DNA of 64,000 nucleotides. Origin: Alphaproteobacteria bacterium. GTDB lineage: Bacteria > Pseudomonadota > Alphaproteobacteria > CAJXXZ01 > 1604HC. The translations under genes were made by a program, and so were the position numbers. Positions 1 to 10,493 of this stretch are shown piece by piece; position 1 is the stretch's first letter; each line of letters starts with the position of its first letter. The notes beneath the pieces were generated by a model, which saw only the letters and a list, made by a program, of their open reading frames with translations, was not told the origin of the DNA and ran no database searches. The stretch lies in the NCBI GenBank assembly GCA_023898705.1, contig CP060235.1, forward strand, positions 235,701 to 299,700. Direction: 5' to 3'.

Positions 1-1
1 G

Positions 2-190
2 ATTCCTATTAAGCAAATTCTTGTCGAAACGGATTCTCCCTATTTAGCTCCAGTTCCATTTAGAGGTAAGACCAATGAACCAGCATTCGTATCCTACGTC
101 GGAGAATTTGTTGCAAATTTGAGAAATATGGATAAAGAAGAATTTGCTAATCATACCACGAATAACTTTTTAAACTTGATTAACGTCTGA
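2..190 (+). CDS. tatD: TatD-family metal-dependent hydrolase, C-terminal fragment (5' end lies outside the window)
   Basis: Frame-2 translation IPIKQILVETDSPYLAPVPFRGKTNEPAFVSYVGEF...LINV* carries the TatD C-terminal ETDxPYLxPxPxRGKxNEP signature. Stop TGA at 188-190. Confidence 0.8.
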   Translation: MPIKQILVETDSPYLAPVPFRGKTNEPAFVSYVGEFVANLRNMDKEEFANHTTNNFLNLINV

Positions 191-232
191 GTCTGTTAGG
201 AGCTTATTTTAGATTTTGTTACATGTTATAAA

Positions 233-1390
233 TTGAATGTGGTCTTTTGGTTAAAAAATCCTAATTTGGAAAAACTTATGCATACTTTACAGGACTGTAT
301 GGTAGTAGGCGGATGTGTGAGAAATTACCTATTTTGTTTAGAAAATAATTTGCCTTTTGATAAATTTCTTGGAGAAATTGATTTAGCAACATCTCTTCTT
401 CCGGAAGAAGTTATGCAACTTAGTAAGCAAGCTGGATTTAAAGTTATTCCTACAGGTTTGCAACATGGAACAGTGACATGTGTGATGGATAAAGATGTGT
501 TTGAAGTTACTACTTTGCGAGTAGATCTTGAAACTGACGGTAGGCATGCAACTGTGGCATTTTCTAAATCTTGGGAGGAAGATGCCAAGAGGAGGGATCT
601 GACAATTAATGCATTATATGCTGATATTAATGGCAAAATATACGATTTTGTTAATGGGTTGGATGATCTTAAAACTGGTAGTGTAAGATTTATTGGAGAT
701 CCTAATTTAAGAATACAGGAAGATTATTTGCGTATTTTGAGATTTTTTAGATTCTTTGCCCATTATGGCAAACATTACGATGAAAAATCCTTTGAAGCAT
801 GTAGGAAACACGTTACACAGTTGAAGCATATTGCTCGTGAAAGATGTATCGCTGAACTTCTGAAACTACTAGATGCCGATAATGTGGTCACGGCATTAAA
901 AATGATGGATGAGATAGACTTATGGGATTACTGTGATTTCCCGAGGGTTGATCTAAACGTATTACAGAAGGCAATACAAGTGGCCAAAAATTTGGGATTG
1001 CATTTGTCCAATATTGGGAAGTTATCTACTTTTTATGGCGACTTTTCAAAACTGAAAATTTCTAACGAGCAAAGCAAAAGGATAACTTTATTAAGGAATT
1101 TAAAACCTATGTCTCAAAAATCCGATTATATAAAATGGATTAATACTGTACCAAAGGAGCTTTGGGACGACGGGATAATCTTGAAAGGTACTTTAGGTGA
1201 TATATCATTTTTAGATCAGTGGAAGCAAAATTTATTTTATTTTTCAGGTACAGATGTTATGAGCATTATGGGTATTGAGACAGGACCTAGGGTAAAGTTT
1301 TACTTGGATAAATTGTTGGATCAATTTTGTGAGTCTGAAACCCCATCCTCACATCAGGAATTAGCTGATTTTTTGAACACTTTAAAGTAA
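233..1390 (+). CDS. cca: tRNA nucleotidyltransferase (CCA-adding) / poly(A) polymerase family protein
   Basis: 385-aa ORF with GGCVRN, DLAT, GLQHGTVT and RRDLTINALY motifs typical of class II nucleotidyltransferases. TTG start. Confidence 0.85.
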   Translation: MNVVFWLKNPNLEKLMHTLQDCMVVGGCVRNYLFCLENNLPFDKFLGEIDLATSLLPEEVMQLSKQAGFKVIPTGLQHGTVTCVMDKDVFEVTTLRVDLETDGRHATVAFSKSWEEDAKRRDLTINALYADINGKIYDFVNGLDDLKTGSVRFIGDPNLRIQEDYLRILRFFRFFAHYGKHYDEKSFEACRKHVTQLKHIARERCIAELLKLLDADNVVTALKMMDEIDLWDYCDFPRVDLNVLQKAIQVAKNLGLHLSNIGKLSTFYGDFSKLKISNEQSKRITLLRNLKPMSQKSDYIKWINTVPKELWDDGIILKGTLGDISFLDQWKQNLFYFSGTDVMSIMGIETGPRVKFYLDKLLDQFCESETPSSHQELADFLNTLK

Positions 1391-1454
1391 TTCTTGATAG
1401 GAAGATAGGAACTCCTCGAAATCTATCTAATGCAAATTAATATAAAATTCGTTT

Positions 1455-3029
1455 TTATGAATTGTTTCTATTAAGTCCAGCCTTTATCAAGTTTACGAAA
1501 AGTGGATGTGGGTCATTGATATAAGTTTGAAACTCAGGATGGAATTGTACTCCTAGGTAAAATGGGTGAGTTTTATGTATAAATCCTTCTAAAAATTGTT
1601 GTCCAGGAGACCAAGCAGACAGTTCAAAAACCTCTTCTAATTGATTCTTATATAGAAAATGGTTTACTTCATATCGATGTCTGTGCCTTTCAGAGATTAT
1701 GTTGTTTTCAATCCTATGACATGAATCTGAATAAATGTCTAACAATTTCCCAGATATATGACATTTGTAAGCTCCAAGTCTCATTGTTCCACCCTTAGAT
1801 TGCTCGTCTTGGTTAATGATACAAATTGCAGGATTGCTTACATCTTCAAATTCAGATGAGTTGGTTCTGATTTTATAAATATTTTGCAAACATTCTATAA
1901 CCATTAATTGCATACCCAAACATATTCCTAAACAAGGAATGTCATTTTTACGTGCAAATTCTAATGCTGCTAATTTGCCATCTATTCCTCTATGTCCAAA
2001 TCCTCCGGGTACAATGATTGCATCGTATTGAGCTATATCTTCAACATTTATATTTTCCGAATCTATATTCGTTATGTTTGGTTCAGCATTGTTAGCCCAA
2101 CTAGCATGTTTGACTGCCTCAATTATGGAGCAATATGCATCTTGTATTTTTTGATATTTTGTAATCAGAGCAACATTAATCTGTTTTTTTGTGCTGATGT
2201 TGAAGGGCAAAACCTGGATCTTACTACTTTTTATTTTGAAAAAACTACATATTTTTTCAACTATGTTGTATTGGTTATACTGATATTTCAAATTGTATAT
2301 AGATGATTGATTCCAGGCTGGTATTATCATATCTTCTGGTAAATTCGCGAAATCAGCGATTTTTTTCTTCCAAGAAAGGTCAGAATAATCTTCTACCGAT
2401 CTACACAACACCATATTTGGTTTAATGCCAAATTTCTGTAATTCAGATATAGAATGTTGTACAGGTTTGGTCTTAAATTCAGATGATTTTTCTAAAAATG
2501 GCATCAACCCTATGTGTACATACATAACATGGCTTTTGTTAGCTTGTCTCTTGATACTTTCAAGAAAAGGCATGCCTTCTATATCTCCTACCGTACCTCC
2601 TATTTCACATATTAAAAAATCAGTATTAGCAGGTATTTTTTCAATAATTTTTTTTTGTATCATATCTGTGACATGAGGTATGATTTGGACAGTTTCTCCC
2701 AGGTATTTGCCTTGACGTTCATCTTGAATTACATTAGAGAAAATTTGTCCTGAAGTGATATAATCATTTTTTGTACATTTAATTTCCGTGAATCGTTCGT
2801 AATTACCTATATCCATATCAGTTTCAATACCATCATCGGTAACAAAAACTTCCCCATGTTGTTCAGGATTTATAGTGCCAGCATCTACGTTCAAATATGG
2901 TTCTAATTTTCTTATTTTGACATTAAAACCATGCATTTGTAAAAGCGATGCAATAGAAGAAGCAGTCACACCTTTCCCTAAAGAAGACATAACACCACCA
3001 GTAACAAATATGATTTTTAACTCTGACAC
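1455..3029 (-). CDS. pyrG: CTP synthase
   Basis: 524 aa. N-terminal IFVTGGVMSSLGKG synthetase motif and a C-terminal glutamine amidotransferase domain (GICLGMQ, HRHRYEVN). Confidence 0.97.
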   Translation of the reverse strand: MSELKIIFVTGGVMSSLGKGVTASSIASLLQMHGFNVKIRKLEPYLNVDAGTINPEQHGEVFVTDDGIETDMDIGNYERFTEIKCTKNDYITSGQIFSNVIQDERQGKYLGETVQIIPHVTDMIQKKIIEKIPANTDFLICEIGGTVGDIEGMPFLESIKRQANKSHVMYVHIGLMPFLEKSSEFKTKPVQHSISELQKFGIKPNMVLCRSVEDYSDLSWKKKIADFANLPEDMIIPAWNQSSIYNLKYQYNQYNIVEKICSFFKIKSSKIQVLPFNISTKKQINVALITKYQKIQDAYCSIIEAVKHASWANNAEPNITNIDSENINVEDIAQYDAIIVPGGFGHRGIDGKLAALEFARKNDIPCLGICLGMQLMVIECLQNIYKIRTNSSEFEDVSNPAICIINQDEQSKGGTMRLGAYKCHISGKLLDIYSDSCHRIENNIISERHRHRYEVNHFLYKNQLEEVFELSAWSPGQQFLEGFIHKTHPFYLGVQFHPEFQTYINDPHPLFVNLIKAGLNRNNS

Positions 3030-3188
3030 ACAACCACCACTATAACCCTATATGATCGATTTTAAATGACTGAGCTAATTTTGTTAAGCCTAAATCAAAA
3101 ATTGAATATAAGTAACAATCAACATGAAAACAAAAGAATGTAACAGAGATAGAGAACTATTCGTTCACCTAATCGAATTTTCTGTTTC

Positions 3189-3698
3189 TTAAGCAACTGC
3201 TTCTTCGCCTGAGCTAAGATCTGAATACGTTACAGCATTACTATCATTTTGATCGGAATTCATCTCATCAGTTGATTGATCTATAAATTCAGCGTCGCTA
3301 CCATCTGAATCTTCTTGATCCTGCTGTGGAGCGTCTTTGCCGCTGTTTTGTATTTCTTCTGCTGATTCAGATTGATCTGCATCGGATAAGCCATCTTCTT
3401 CAACTAGTTCGTTATTAATATCCTGTTGTACAATTTCTTGTTGGCTATCGACTTTTTGAATCATATGTTCTTTTTTCTTGACTAACAATATTCCTATAAG
3501 TATAGATAGAGCAACAAATAGGAAGTATAGTACATAAGTGGTTTTCGACAAGAAGTTGGACATGGCCCTAGGTGCCATGAACTTTGATGCCTGGCTCGAA
3601 CCAACTACGTCCTCACCTTTTTGTAGAAGTACTAATATGCAAATACTTATCACAACTGCCAAATATATGGCCCAAACAAAAACTAACATAACTAACAT
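3189..3698 (-). CDS. secG: Preprotein translocase subunit SecG with a long acidic C-terminal extension
   Basis: Two TM segments bracket the LLQKGEDVVGSS...F motif typical of SecG, and the gene is adjacent to pyrG. About 85 extra D/E/Q/S-rich residues follow the core. Confidence 0.75.
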   Translation of the reverse strand: MLVMLVFVWAIYLAVVISICILVLLQKGEDVVGSSQASKFMAPRAMSNFLSKTTYVLYFLFVALSILIGILLVKKKEHMIQKVDSQQEIVQQDINNELVEEDGLSDADQSESAEEIQNSGKDAPQQDQEDSDGSDAEFIDQSTDEMNSDQNDSNAVTYSDLSSGEEAVA

Positions 3699-3849
3699 TC
3701 TATATTAAAAAAAAATATATGCAATTAGTGTGCATTCAGATAAAATTTTTGATAATTTTTATTAAAAATTGTACGAATTTTATTTGTTATTTATAAATAA
3801 TAAACGCAATTGCATCCCGTAGTGAAATGACAGCAATGAATCTACTGAA

Positions 3850-4908
3850 TTATAACTTCACAATTTGAAATTCGTTATCTCTTAATGCTATCGCACATCG
3901 ACCATTGAGAAATAAGTGAATTGTTTCCCAAATTAATTTTTTCCTCCAATTTCCTAGCAGTTTTGGAAATAATTTATTAGCACAAATAAAGCGTATATTT
4001 TCTGAATCACATATCCAACTTGGGGGAATATTTTCATTATGTGCTATAATTTTCATCATTAATGTGATGCTAGACTGTAGTTTAGTGTCAATTTGCTCTT
4101 TTTGTTTAGGATAAGCATTTAAAATCGAATAGATTTCCTTAGCATACCTTTTGGCTTGATTAGGCAAAACAGATCTTATCTCAGTGATTTGGTTTGTCAT
4201 ATTGCCTAATTTATGTAAAGTTTTATTGTCTATGATCCAAGTCGGAGGCAAATTCTTACGAGCAGCTATCATATCTCTCCAAATGTATAGTGTAGATTTT
4301 TTCTTACGTTTTATAAAATCTATTTCTTCTGCGACCCAATGAAAGCGTTTTGTTTTTTTTAAATTATATCTTAGCTGATAAAAGATTGTGTCTAAAAATG
4401 CTACATCCTGCGCTGCATATGTTATCATATCTGGATTTAATGGTCTTTTATCCCAACAAGAGTTTTGATGAGATTTTTCAATCAAGGTTTGTGTAATGCT
4501 TTCGACCAAATTTTGATAAGAAATTGGATATCCAAATTTGCAAAAAGCAGCTCCTATTTGAGTGTCGAAACAGTTATTTACCTTTATGTTCGCATGTTCT
4601 AAAGTTTGTAAATCCTGTTCACAAGCATGGCATACTTTTACAATATCATGATCTGCGAAAATAGTAGCAATATAAGAATCTGTGATCGGACAGGTAAGTG
4701 TATCAATGACTAGAATATGGTTTTGCAATTTGAGTTGTAAGATACAGAGTAATGGCCAATAAGTATTCCGTTTATGAAATTCCGTGTCAAAAAACACTTC
4801 ACTTGGCATTGTATGAGTTAAAAAATATCTGTAAAAAAACGCATGTAATTCATCAATGCTTTCTATCATATTGACTTCAGTTGAGTACTTGATCAAATTA
4901 TTTTTCAT
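3850..4908 (-). CDS. rnd: Ribonuclease D (DEDDy 3'-5' exonuclease with HRDC-like C-terminus)
   Basis: 352 aa. Exo motifs DTEF, ACEQDL and YAAQDV. Overlaps dnaQ by 11 nt. Confidence 0.85.
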   Translation of the reverse strand: MKNNLIKYSTEVNMIESIDELHAFFYRYFLTHTMPSEVFFDTEFHKRNTYWPLLCILQLKLQNHILVIDTLTCPITDSYIATIFADHDIVKVCHACEQDLQTLEHANIKVNNCFDTQIGAAFCKFGYPISYQNLVESITQTLIEKSHQNSCWDKRPLNPDMITYAAQDVAFLDTIFYQLRYNLKKTKRFHWVAEEIDFIKRKKKSTLYIWRDMIAARKNLPPTWIIDNKTLHKLGNMTNQITEIRSVLPNQAKRYAKEIYSILNAYPKQKEQIDTKLQSSITLMMKIIAHNENIPPSWICDSENIRFICANKLFPKLLGNWRKKLIWETIHLFLNGRCAIALRDNEFQIVKL

Positions 4909-5551
4909 AATTTTTCTTTATATCTGATACTATTTGCCTGTGTAAATCTAACTCATCTTGAGAAACTTGGATTTCTAAATCTGCTAATTTGAAATTTTGA
5001 ATTGTATCTTGAGTATTGTTTTCAGAAGCAAATAAGGAAATTGGTTGTTTAAACTGATTTAATGCAATAAAGACTTTTGATAATATTGCAGCGTCAATCA
5101 ATGCTCCATGACGTTCAGCTCTTTCTTCAAGTGAGATATTAAATCTTTTAGCTAATGCATCCAAGTTGGCTGGAGATCCTGGAAATTGTTTTCTAGCCAT
5201 TAAGAGTGTATCTACAACTGCGTTAGTTAATTGTTGACGACCAATATTCTGTAATTCTTGATTTAGAAAGCCTATATCAAATTTGGCATTATGAGCTACT
5301 AAAGTTGCATCTTTGATAAACTCTAAGAATTGATCGCAGATTACGGCAAAATTTGGTTTGTGTTTTAAGAAATCGTAGGTGAGTCCGTGTATTTTTGTTG
5401 ACTCTTCTGCAATTTGAACCTCAGGATTAACATACAAGTGTAATTTATTTTTTGGTTCAAAATTAATCAATTCTATGCATCCTATTTCAATAATTTTATC
5501 CGTTTTACAATTTAATCCAGTAGTCTCCGTATCAAGAATTATAGTTCTCAT
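4898..5551 (-). CDS. dnaQ: DNA polymerase III epsilon subunit (proofreading exonuclease)
   Basis: 217 aa. Motifs ILDTETTGL, AHNAKFDIGFL and HGALIDAAIL (Exo I-III). Confidence 0.9.
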   Translation of the reverse strand: MRTIILDTETTGLNCKTDKIIEIGCIELINFEPKNKLHLYVNPEVQIAEESTKIHGLTYDFLKHKPNFAVICDQFLEFIKDATLVAHNAKFDIGFLNQELQNIGRQQLTNAVVDTLLMARKQFPGSPANLDALAKRFNISLEERAERHGALIDAAILSKVFIALNQFKQPISLFASENNTQDTIQNFKLADLEIQVSQDELDLHRQIVSDIKKNYEK

Positions 5552-5679
5552 GCTTATATTCAGACTATACTTGATATAGCAATTAGTAAAGGAGAGTTTT
5601 TCCAGACTCCCCTGGCCAATTTTAGTTCAATTTTAAATAAATGAAGTGAATCTCGGGAGTGTAGACAAATGTCGTAAAC

Positions 5680-5750
5680 CTGGGGTACTAGGATTCGAAC
5701 CTAGGATCACGAGACCAAAACCCGTTGCCTTACCACTTGGCTATACCCCA
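5680..5750 (-). tRNA. tRNA-Gln (anticodon UUG)
   Basis: Hand-folded cloverleaf. Acceptor TGGGGTA/TACCCCA, 3-bp D stem GCC/GGC, anticodon stem ACGGG/CTCGT with loop TTTTGGT, T arm CTAGG-TTCGAAT-CCTAG. No encoded CCA. Confidence 0.85.
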
Positions 5751-5901
5751 ACAGTAGAATCATACAAATTTGAATTTGAAAAAGCAATATCTTAGTTTAC
5801 GTTAGAGAATTTTGCTCATCAAAATGTTGATTAGTTATTAAAAAAAGTAATTAACTTTCTCAAGAAGGAGTTTAGGGTTCTGATAGTAGCAAATAAGCTT
5901 G

Positions 5902-6624
5902 TTACAAATTTAAGTTTACCAGTACTGGTACATGATCACTTGGCTTCTCCATTTTTCTGTATTCTCCGAGTGTTATTGTATCTCCAGTGACATTTCTTCC
6001 TAGTAAATAGTCAATGCGTAAGCCTTCTCTAGGACTTCTATAATCCCACCAGGTAAAGTCATTCTTCCCTGATTGTTTCTGATTTAGATCAACAAAATTG
6101 CTTTTAAGAATATGATACATGTTCTTTCTGACCTCATCACTACATAGGACACTATTCTTCCATTTATGAGGCGTATTAATATCAGCATCAGTGAGTGCTA
6201 CGTTAAAATCGCCACCAAGTACGCACTTTGCATCTCTATCGTCCCATCTCTTAGCTATCATATTCAGGAAAGTATTTTTGTATTGATAAGCTTCAATTGA
6301 CTTATTGCCACATGGTACATAGACAGATGCCACATAGATACCATTAGAAAAACCTTCAATATATCTGGCCTCATTAACCTCATCTGTATATTGGAACATG
6401 GCCTCTATTTCATATTTAGATAGTATGGCCACACCATTGTAAGCTTTTTGCCCATAAACTTTTACATTATAATTATGTCCGTCGACAAAATCGTATGGAA
6501 AATCATTGTTAGTACATTTTATTTCCTGCAACAAAACAATATCAGGATTGTGTTTTCTGATTAAATCGTCCAACAAGTGTAACCTAACGCGAATCGAATT
6601 TACATTCCACGTAACAATTTTCAT
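5902..6624 (-). CDS. xthA: Exodeoxyribonuclease III (AP endonuclease)
   Basis: The canonical N-terminus MKIVTWNVNSIRVRL is at residue 28 of the 267-aa ORF, so the start is moved to 6624. Motifs LQEIK, GDFNV and SDHVPV are present. Confidence 0.9.
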   Translation of the reverse strand: MKIVTWNVNSIRVRLHLLDDLIRKHNPDIVLLQEIKCTNNDFPYDFVDGHNYNVKVYGQKAYNGVAILSKYEIEAMFQYTDEVNEARYIEGFSNGIYVASVYVPCGNKSIEAYQYKNTFLNMIAKRWDDRDAKCVLGGDFNVALTDADINTPHKWKNSVLCSDEVRKNMYHILKSNFVDLNQKQSGKNDFTWWDYRSPREGLRIDYLLGRNVTGDTITLGEYRKMEKPSDHVPVLVNLNL

Positions 6625-6644
6625 AATATGTATGCTAACAAATT

Positions 6645-7856
6645 TTGTTAAAAAAGAGTACAACCTTTGCTGGTATATTGATTTGTCTAATAAATGGTGA
6701 GGCATATTTTGATGTCTTGCTTCTTAACTCTTTTTTAAATAATCATTATAAGTTAAAATTAAACGTGTATTTTGGATTGTTAAACTTTGTATTTGCTGTG
6801 TTAATTATTAGCGTAATTGTTGTATTTCATGAGTTAGGACATTATTTTGTTGCAAGAATGAACAATGCGGAAATTTCAGATTTTGCAATAGGTTTTGGGC
6901 CTGAGGTCATTTCTTTTGTTGACTCTAGAAAGACAAAATGGAGTTTTAGACTAATTCCTTTTGGTGGGTATGTATGTTGTAACGAAGAGTCAATGAGCTT
7001 TTTGGGCAAACTTTTTTTGTATCTAGGTGGTCCAATAGGTAATCTGTTTTTTGCTATGTTGATATCATTGTCAACTTTTATGTATTTTGGGGATGTAAAG
7101 CCAATTGAATATTATGAGATTTCCAGTAATCCATCCTATGTACAGAATGATTTGAATAATGGAGTTCGAGTAGTTGATATAATACAAAAACCAGGGTCAG
7201 ATGGGCTGTTTGTAAAGTTGAGTGACGGAAATGAGATTTCTGGTGTTGACCTCTTACTGACACGCTTTAGAGAACGTGCTAGTTGTACGAGGTATGCTGT
7301 TCTTAGGCTTACTAAAAACTCTGACACTACATCTTCAAGTGATATAATTTTACATTTGAGTAATGGATCTAAAAGTTTTATGGATTCAGAGAGGATGCTT
7401 CTTAAGAAAGTAGTGGTTTTTGAAAAATATAGAAAAATTGGACTTGTGCAAGCTGTATACAAATCTTTCACATCGGTAATAATCAAGTTTGTTAAAAATG
7501 CTTTAGGGCTATTTAGGGCTATTTTTGATAGATCTGCTAGGTTGAGTGGTCCCATTGATGTGCTAAAAAATACGAGGGAATTCTTATCTAATGATATGTT
7601 TTTGTTTTGCCAGTGGGTTATCGCTCTGTCTATAGGATTAGCAGTAATTAATTTGCTTCCTATTCTTCCTTTGGATGGTGGAAGAGTCTTGATCTTGGCA
7701 ATTGATCTTATAAGTAAGCGTTTAGCCAATATCGTTGCTAATGTTAGTATATATGTTGGATTTGTATTGATGGGGTTTGTGTTGTTTAAGGATGTTAAAC
7801 AAGTTGTATTTTTGCATTTTATGAGAATCTTTGAATTTTTTAGGAGTATACTATGA
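6645..7856 (+). CDS. rseP: RIP (site-2) zinc metalloprotease RseP
   Basis: HELGHY zinc motif in the first TM region and a C-terminal NLLPILPLDGG motif. It directly precedes bamA, as in other proteobacteria. The true start is probably downstream, because the ORF 5' end overlaps xthA. Confidence 0.85.
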   Translation: MLKKSTTFAGILICLINGEAYFDVLLLNSFLNNHYKLKLNVYFGLLNFVFAVLIISVIVVFHELGHYFVARMNNAEISDFAIGFGPEVISFVDSRKTKWSFRLIPFGGYVCCNEESMSFLGKLFLYLGGPIGNLFFAMLISLSTFMYFGDVKPIEYYEISSNPSYVQNDLNNGVRVVDIIQKPGSDGLFVKLSDGNEISGVDLLLTRFRERASCTRYAVLRLTKNSDTTSSSDIILHLSNGSKSFMDSERMLLKKVVVFEKYRKIGLVQAVYKSFTSVIIKFVKNALGLFRAIFDRSARLSGPIDVLKNTREFLSNDMFLFCQWVIALSIGLAVINLLPILPLDGGRVLILAIDLISKRLANIVANVSIYVGFVLMGFVLFKDVKQVVFLHFMRIFEFFRSIL

Positions 7857-10375
7857 TGTTATTGCGCCTCTTGATTTTATCTTTAACTCTTGGCTCAGCT
7901 GCAATTTTAGCTGATATGAAAGGTGTCACACATCCTCATCTAACGGCTGAACAATCTTATATTGTTTATGGAAATAAAAGAGTTTCTACGGAACAGATTT
8001 TGTCTTTTTTATCTATTTTAACTGACCCAAATGAAGATACCATTGCCACTACTTTATCCGATACCGGTTATTTTTCTAATATTCAAGTCAATAAAGTTGG
8101 CGTAAAGTGGAATATATACGTAAAGGAATTTCCAATCCTAAAAGAAGTGAAATATGAAGTAAAAAATTCTACTGCTATGGATTGGGAAGCTTCTACTGGT
8201 CTAAAAAAGAGAGACTTTATTTCTCCACAAACTATTAAATTTACAGAAGAATTATTGAAAAGTATGTATAGTACGTTAGAGGATACTCCTTATGTTGATG
8301 TGACTTCATATTCCTATGAACAAAATGGACTTATTTCTTTAAAATTTGTGATTAAGGTTACCCAGCCAAATCCTATACAAGATGTTATTTTCATAGGTAA
8401 TAATCGAATCAAACATGGTGATCTTTATGGTCAAATGGTACGAAAGTATAAACCAGTTTTGTTCGTTTTTACTTCTAAATCGATTGATATCCATTCTTTA
8501 GATCAAAGTAAAATGAATTTAGAAAAGTATGCGCAAAGCTTAGGGTATTTAGACTTTAAGGTTTCTTCCATGGTAGTTGAAAATAGAAATAACAAGCAAG
8601 TTGTGGTTGTTAATGTTAATGAGGGAATTAGATACAGAGTAGGAAAAATTGCATTACATATCCCTGTGAAATATGATCCAAGTCTTGTTCTCAAATCCGG
8701 GGAGTTTTTTTCTCAAAATAAACTTGATGTTTTAAATGTTGCTATAGAAGATTTATTGTATGCTAAAAACTACTGGAATAAAAAACAGTATTACGAAATA
8801 AAAAAGAGAGATAATGTAGTAGATATCGAATTTTTTACCAAAGATGAAAAGCCATCCGTACTTAAAGAAATTTATGTTTTAGGTAATAAAAGAACTTATT
8901 TATCTGTTATTTTGAAGCGTATGGTGCTTGCTCCTGGTGATGTGATTACAGATAAGGCGTTGATGCAAAGCAAGAGAAATATGATTCAATCAGGATTTGC
9001 GGGTGATTTAAATATTATTAGGGAAAAACATGGAAATCATGAAAATTTGACTATTTCTTTTAAAGAAAGTGATACTGGATCTATCATGTTGAGAGCTGGT
9101 GCAAGCCTTGGAAGTAAATTAGAGTACAATATACAACTTGGCTACAAGGATGATAACATCATGGGCTTGGGTAAGCAATTTGAGACAGATCTGTTTTTCT
9201 CTAGAGAGAGGAGATCTCTAAGCGTATTTATTAAGGAGTTTTTCATTAATGGAAAGCCAATCCATTATGGATATGGAGGAAGTTTTAATATTCTTCCACC
9301 ATCGGCTGATTCATCTTTGGTCAGAAGTAATTGGTTTAGTTTTGGTAATTATGCTGATAAAAGTGTTAAGTCTTATGCTGATGGTTTAGATATGGTGACA
9401 AAATCCGGCATATTAGGTGTGACTTCTAACTCAACAACTGATAAATATGATGTTAAACTTATTCCTTCCAGTGATACTGGAGTTAGTTCCATTAATGAAT
9501 ATTGGTCTGAAAATGAAGAAGTAGTATTGATTAAAACTAAAGGTTTTGATTTAAGAGGTATGTCTGTCTTTAACTTTAAAAATCAAAGTGTAAATTTAAC
9601 TTTAAATCCATCTCTTTCTTTTATAGAACTAGATGATAATTCCCAGTTTAGTGAAAAGCAAAAGGGTTTTTATAAGCGGGGTGTTGGAAGAACAAGATTT
9701 TTTGATAAATCTGTTAAGAAATTTGATAGATTTAAGGGTGGTTTGAACACTACCTTGGGGTATTCCTGTAATTTCTCTGGTGTCGACAGAAGTTCTAATT
9801 TAGCTTTAGGTGCTGATGCCACTTTGGGGTTGGGGACATCTAATTACTTAAAATTTGTGGTACGCGCAGATTTGACTAAACATACAGGAGACTCATATTT
9901 GTTATCCTGTAATGTAAGTTACGGCAATGTTTTTGCGATACATAATTACAGTTGGTTTGACAATTTTAAGCCAGGATTTATCAGAGGCTTTAGAGAACAA
10001 GGGCCTAGGGATACAATTAGGTTTAATGTATTAGGTGGTAAGAGATTTGTAAAAGTTGGTGCAGAATTTACAGCTCCATTTATATTACCTAAAACATTTA
10101 TGTCTAAGTGGTTTGTATTTCTAGACTGTGGAGCACTGTGGGATTCCGGTTTGTCTGAAGAAAAAATACCTCAAGCATTAGCTGATAATAGAAAATGGGA
10201 CAGAAGTACTGCTGATATAGTACATAATAAATTTTCCCCTGTAATATCGTGTGGTCTAGGTATTAAGTTTAGATTGGGGATAGTTAACTTAGGGGTGAGC
10301 GTGCAGTATCCATTGTTCGGTTCTAACTCTCCTTTGAATTCTTTTGAAACATTGAATATCGGATTTGTAAATTAA
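7853..10375 (+). CDS. bamA: Outer membrane protein assembly factor BamA (Omp85)
   Basis: 840 aa with a signal peptide, POTRA-like repeats and a C-terminal beta-barrel ending in an aromatic-rich ...LNIGFVN. Conserved position after rseP. Confidence 0.9.
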   Translation: MMLLRLLILSLTLGSAAILADMKGVTHPHLTAEQSYIVYGNKRVSTEQILSFLSILTDPNEDTIATTLSDTGYFSNIQVNKVGVKWNIYVKEFPILKEVKYEVKNSTAMDWEASTGLKKRDFISPQTIKFTEELLKSMYSTLEDTPYVDVTSYSYEQNGLISLKFVIKVTQPNPIQDVIFIGNNRIKHGDLYGQMVRKYKPVLFVFTSKSIDIHSLDQSKMNLEKYAQSLGYLDFKVSSMVVENRNNKQVVVVNVNEGIRYRVGKIALHIPVKYDPSLVLKSGEFFSQNKLDVLNVAIEDLLYAKNYWNKKQYYEIKKRDNVVDIEFFTKDEKPSVLKEIYVLGNKRTYLSVILKRMVLAPGDVITDKALMQSKRNMIQSGFAGDLNIIREKHGNHENLTISFKESDTGSIMLRAGASLGSKLEYNIQLGYKDDNIMGLGKQFETDLFFSRERRSLSVFIKEFFINGKPIHYGYGGSFNILPPSADSSLVRSNWFSFGNYADKSVKSYADGLDMVTKSGILGVTSNSTTDKYDVKLIPSSDTGVSSINEYWSENEEVVLIKTKGFDLRGMSVFNFKNQSVNLTLNPSLSFIELDDNSQFSEKQKGFYKRGVGRTRFFDKSVKKFDRFKGGLNTTLGYSCNFSGVDRSSNLALGADATLGLGTSNYLKFVVRADLTKHTGDSYLLSCNVSYGNVFAIHNYSWFDNFKPGFIRGFREQGPRDTIRFNVLGGKRFVKVGAEFTAPFILPKTFMSKWFVFLDCGALWDSGLSEEKIPQALADNRKWDRSTADIVHNKFSPVISCGLGIKFRLGIVNLGVSVQYPLFGSNSPLNSFETLNIGFVN

Positions 10376-10493
10376 AATCCAGCGATTTGTTAGAGGGTTA
10401 TAATCTATATTGAGGAACAGCTTTGAGAGGTATTTCCCTAATTTATATAAATAAATTTGTTAGAAATTAAAATAAAATTTACTTTTCACATTT

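Noticed and set aside
7078-7729. Minus-strand ORFs of 197 aa and 61 aa inside rseP.
   Set aside because: Both are embedded in a gene with clear HELGH and LPILPLDGG motifs. They have no recognisable motifs and are typical long antisense ORFs of AT-rich DNA.
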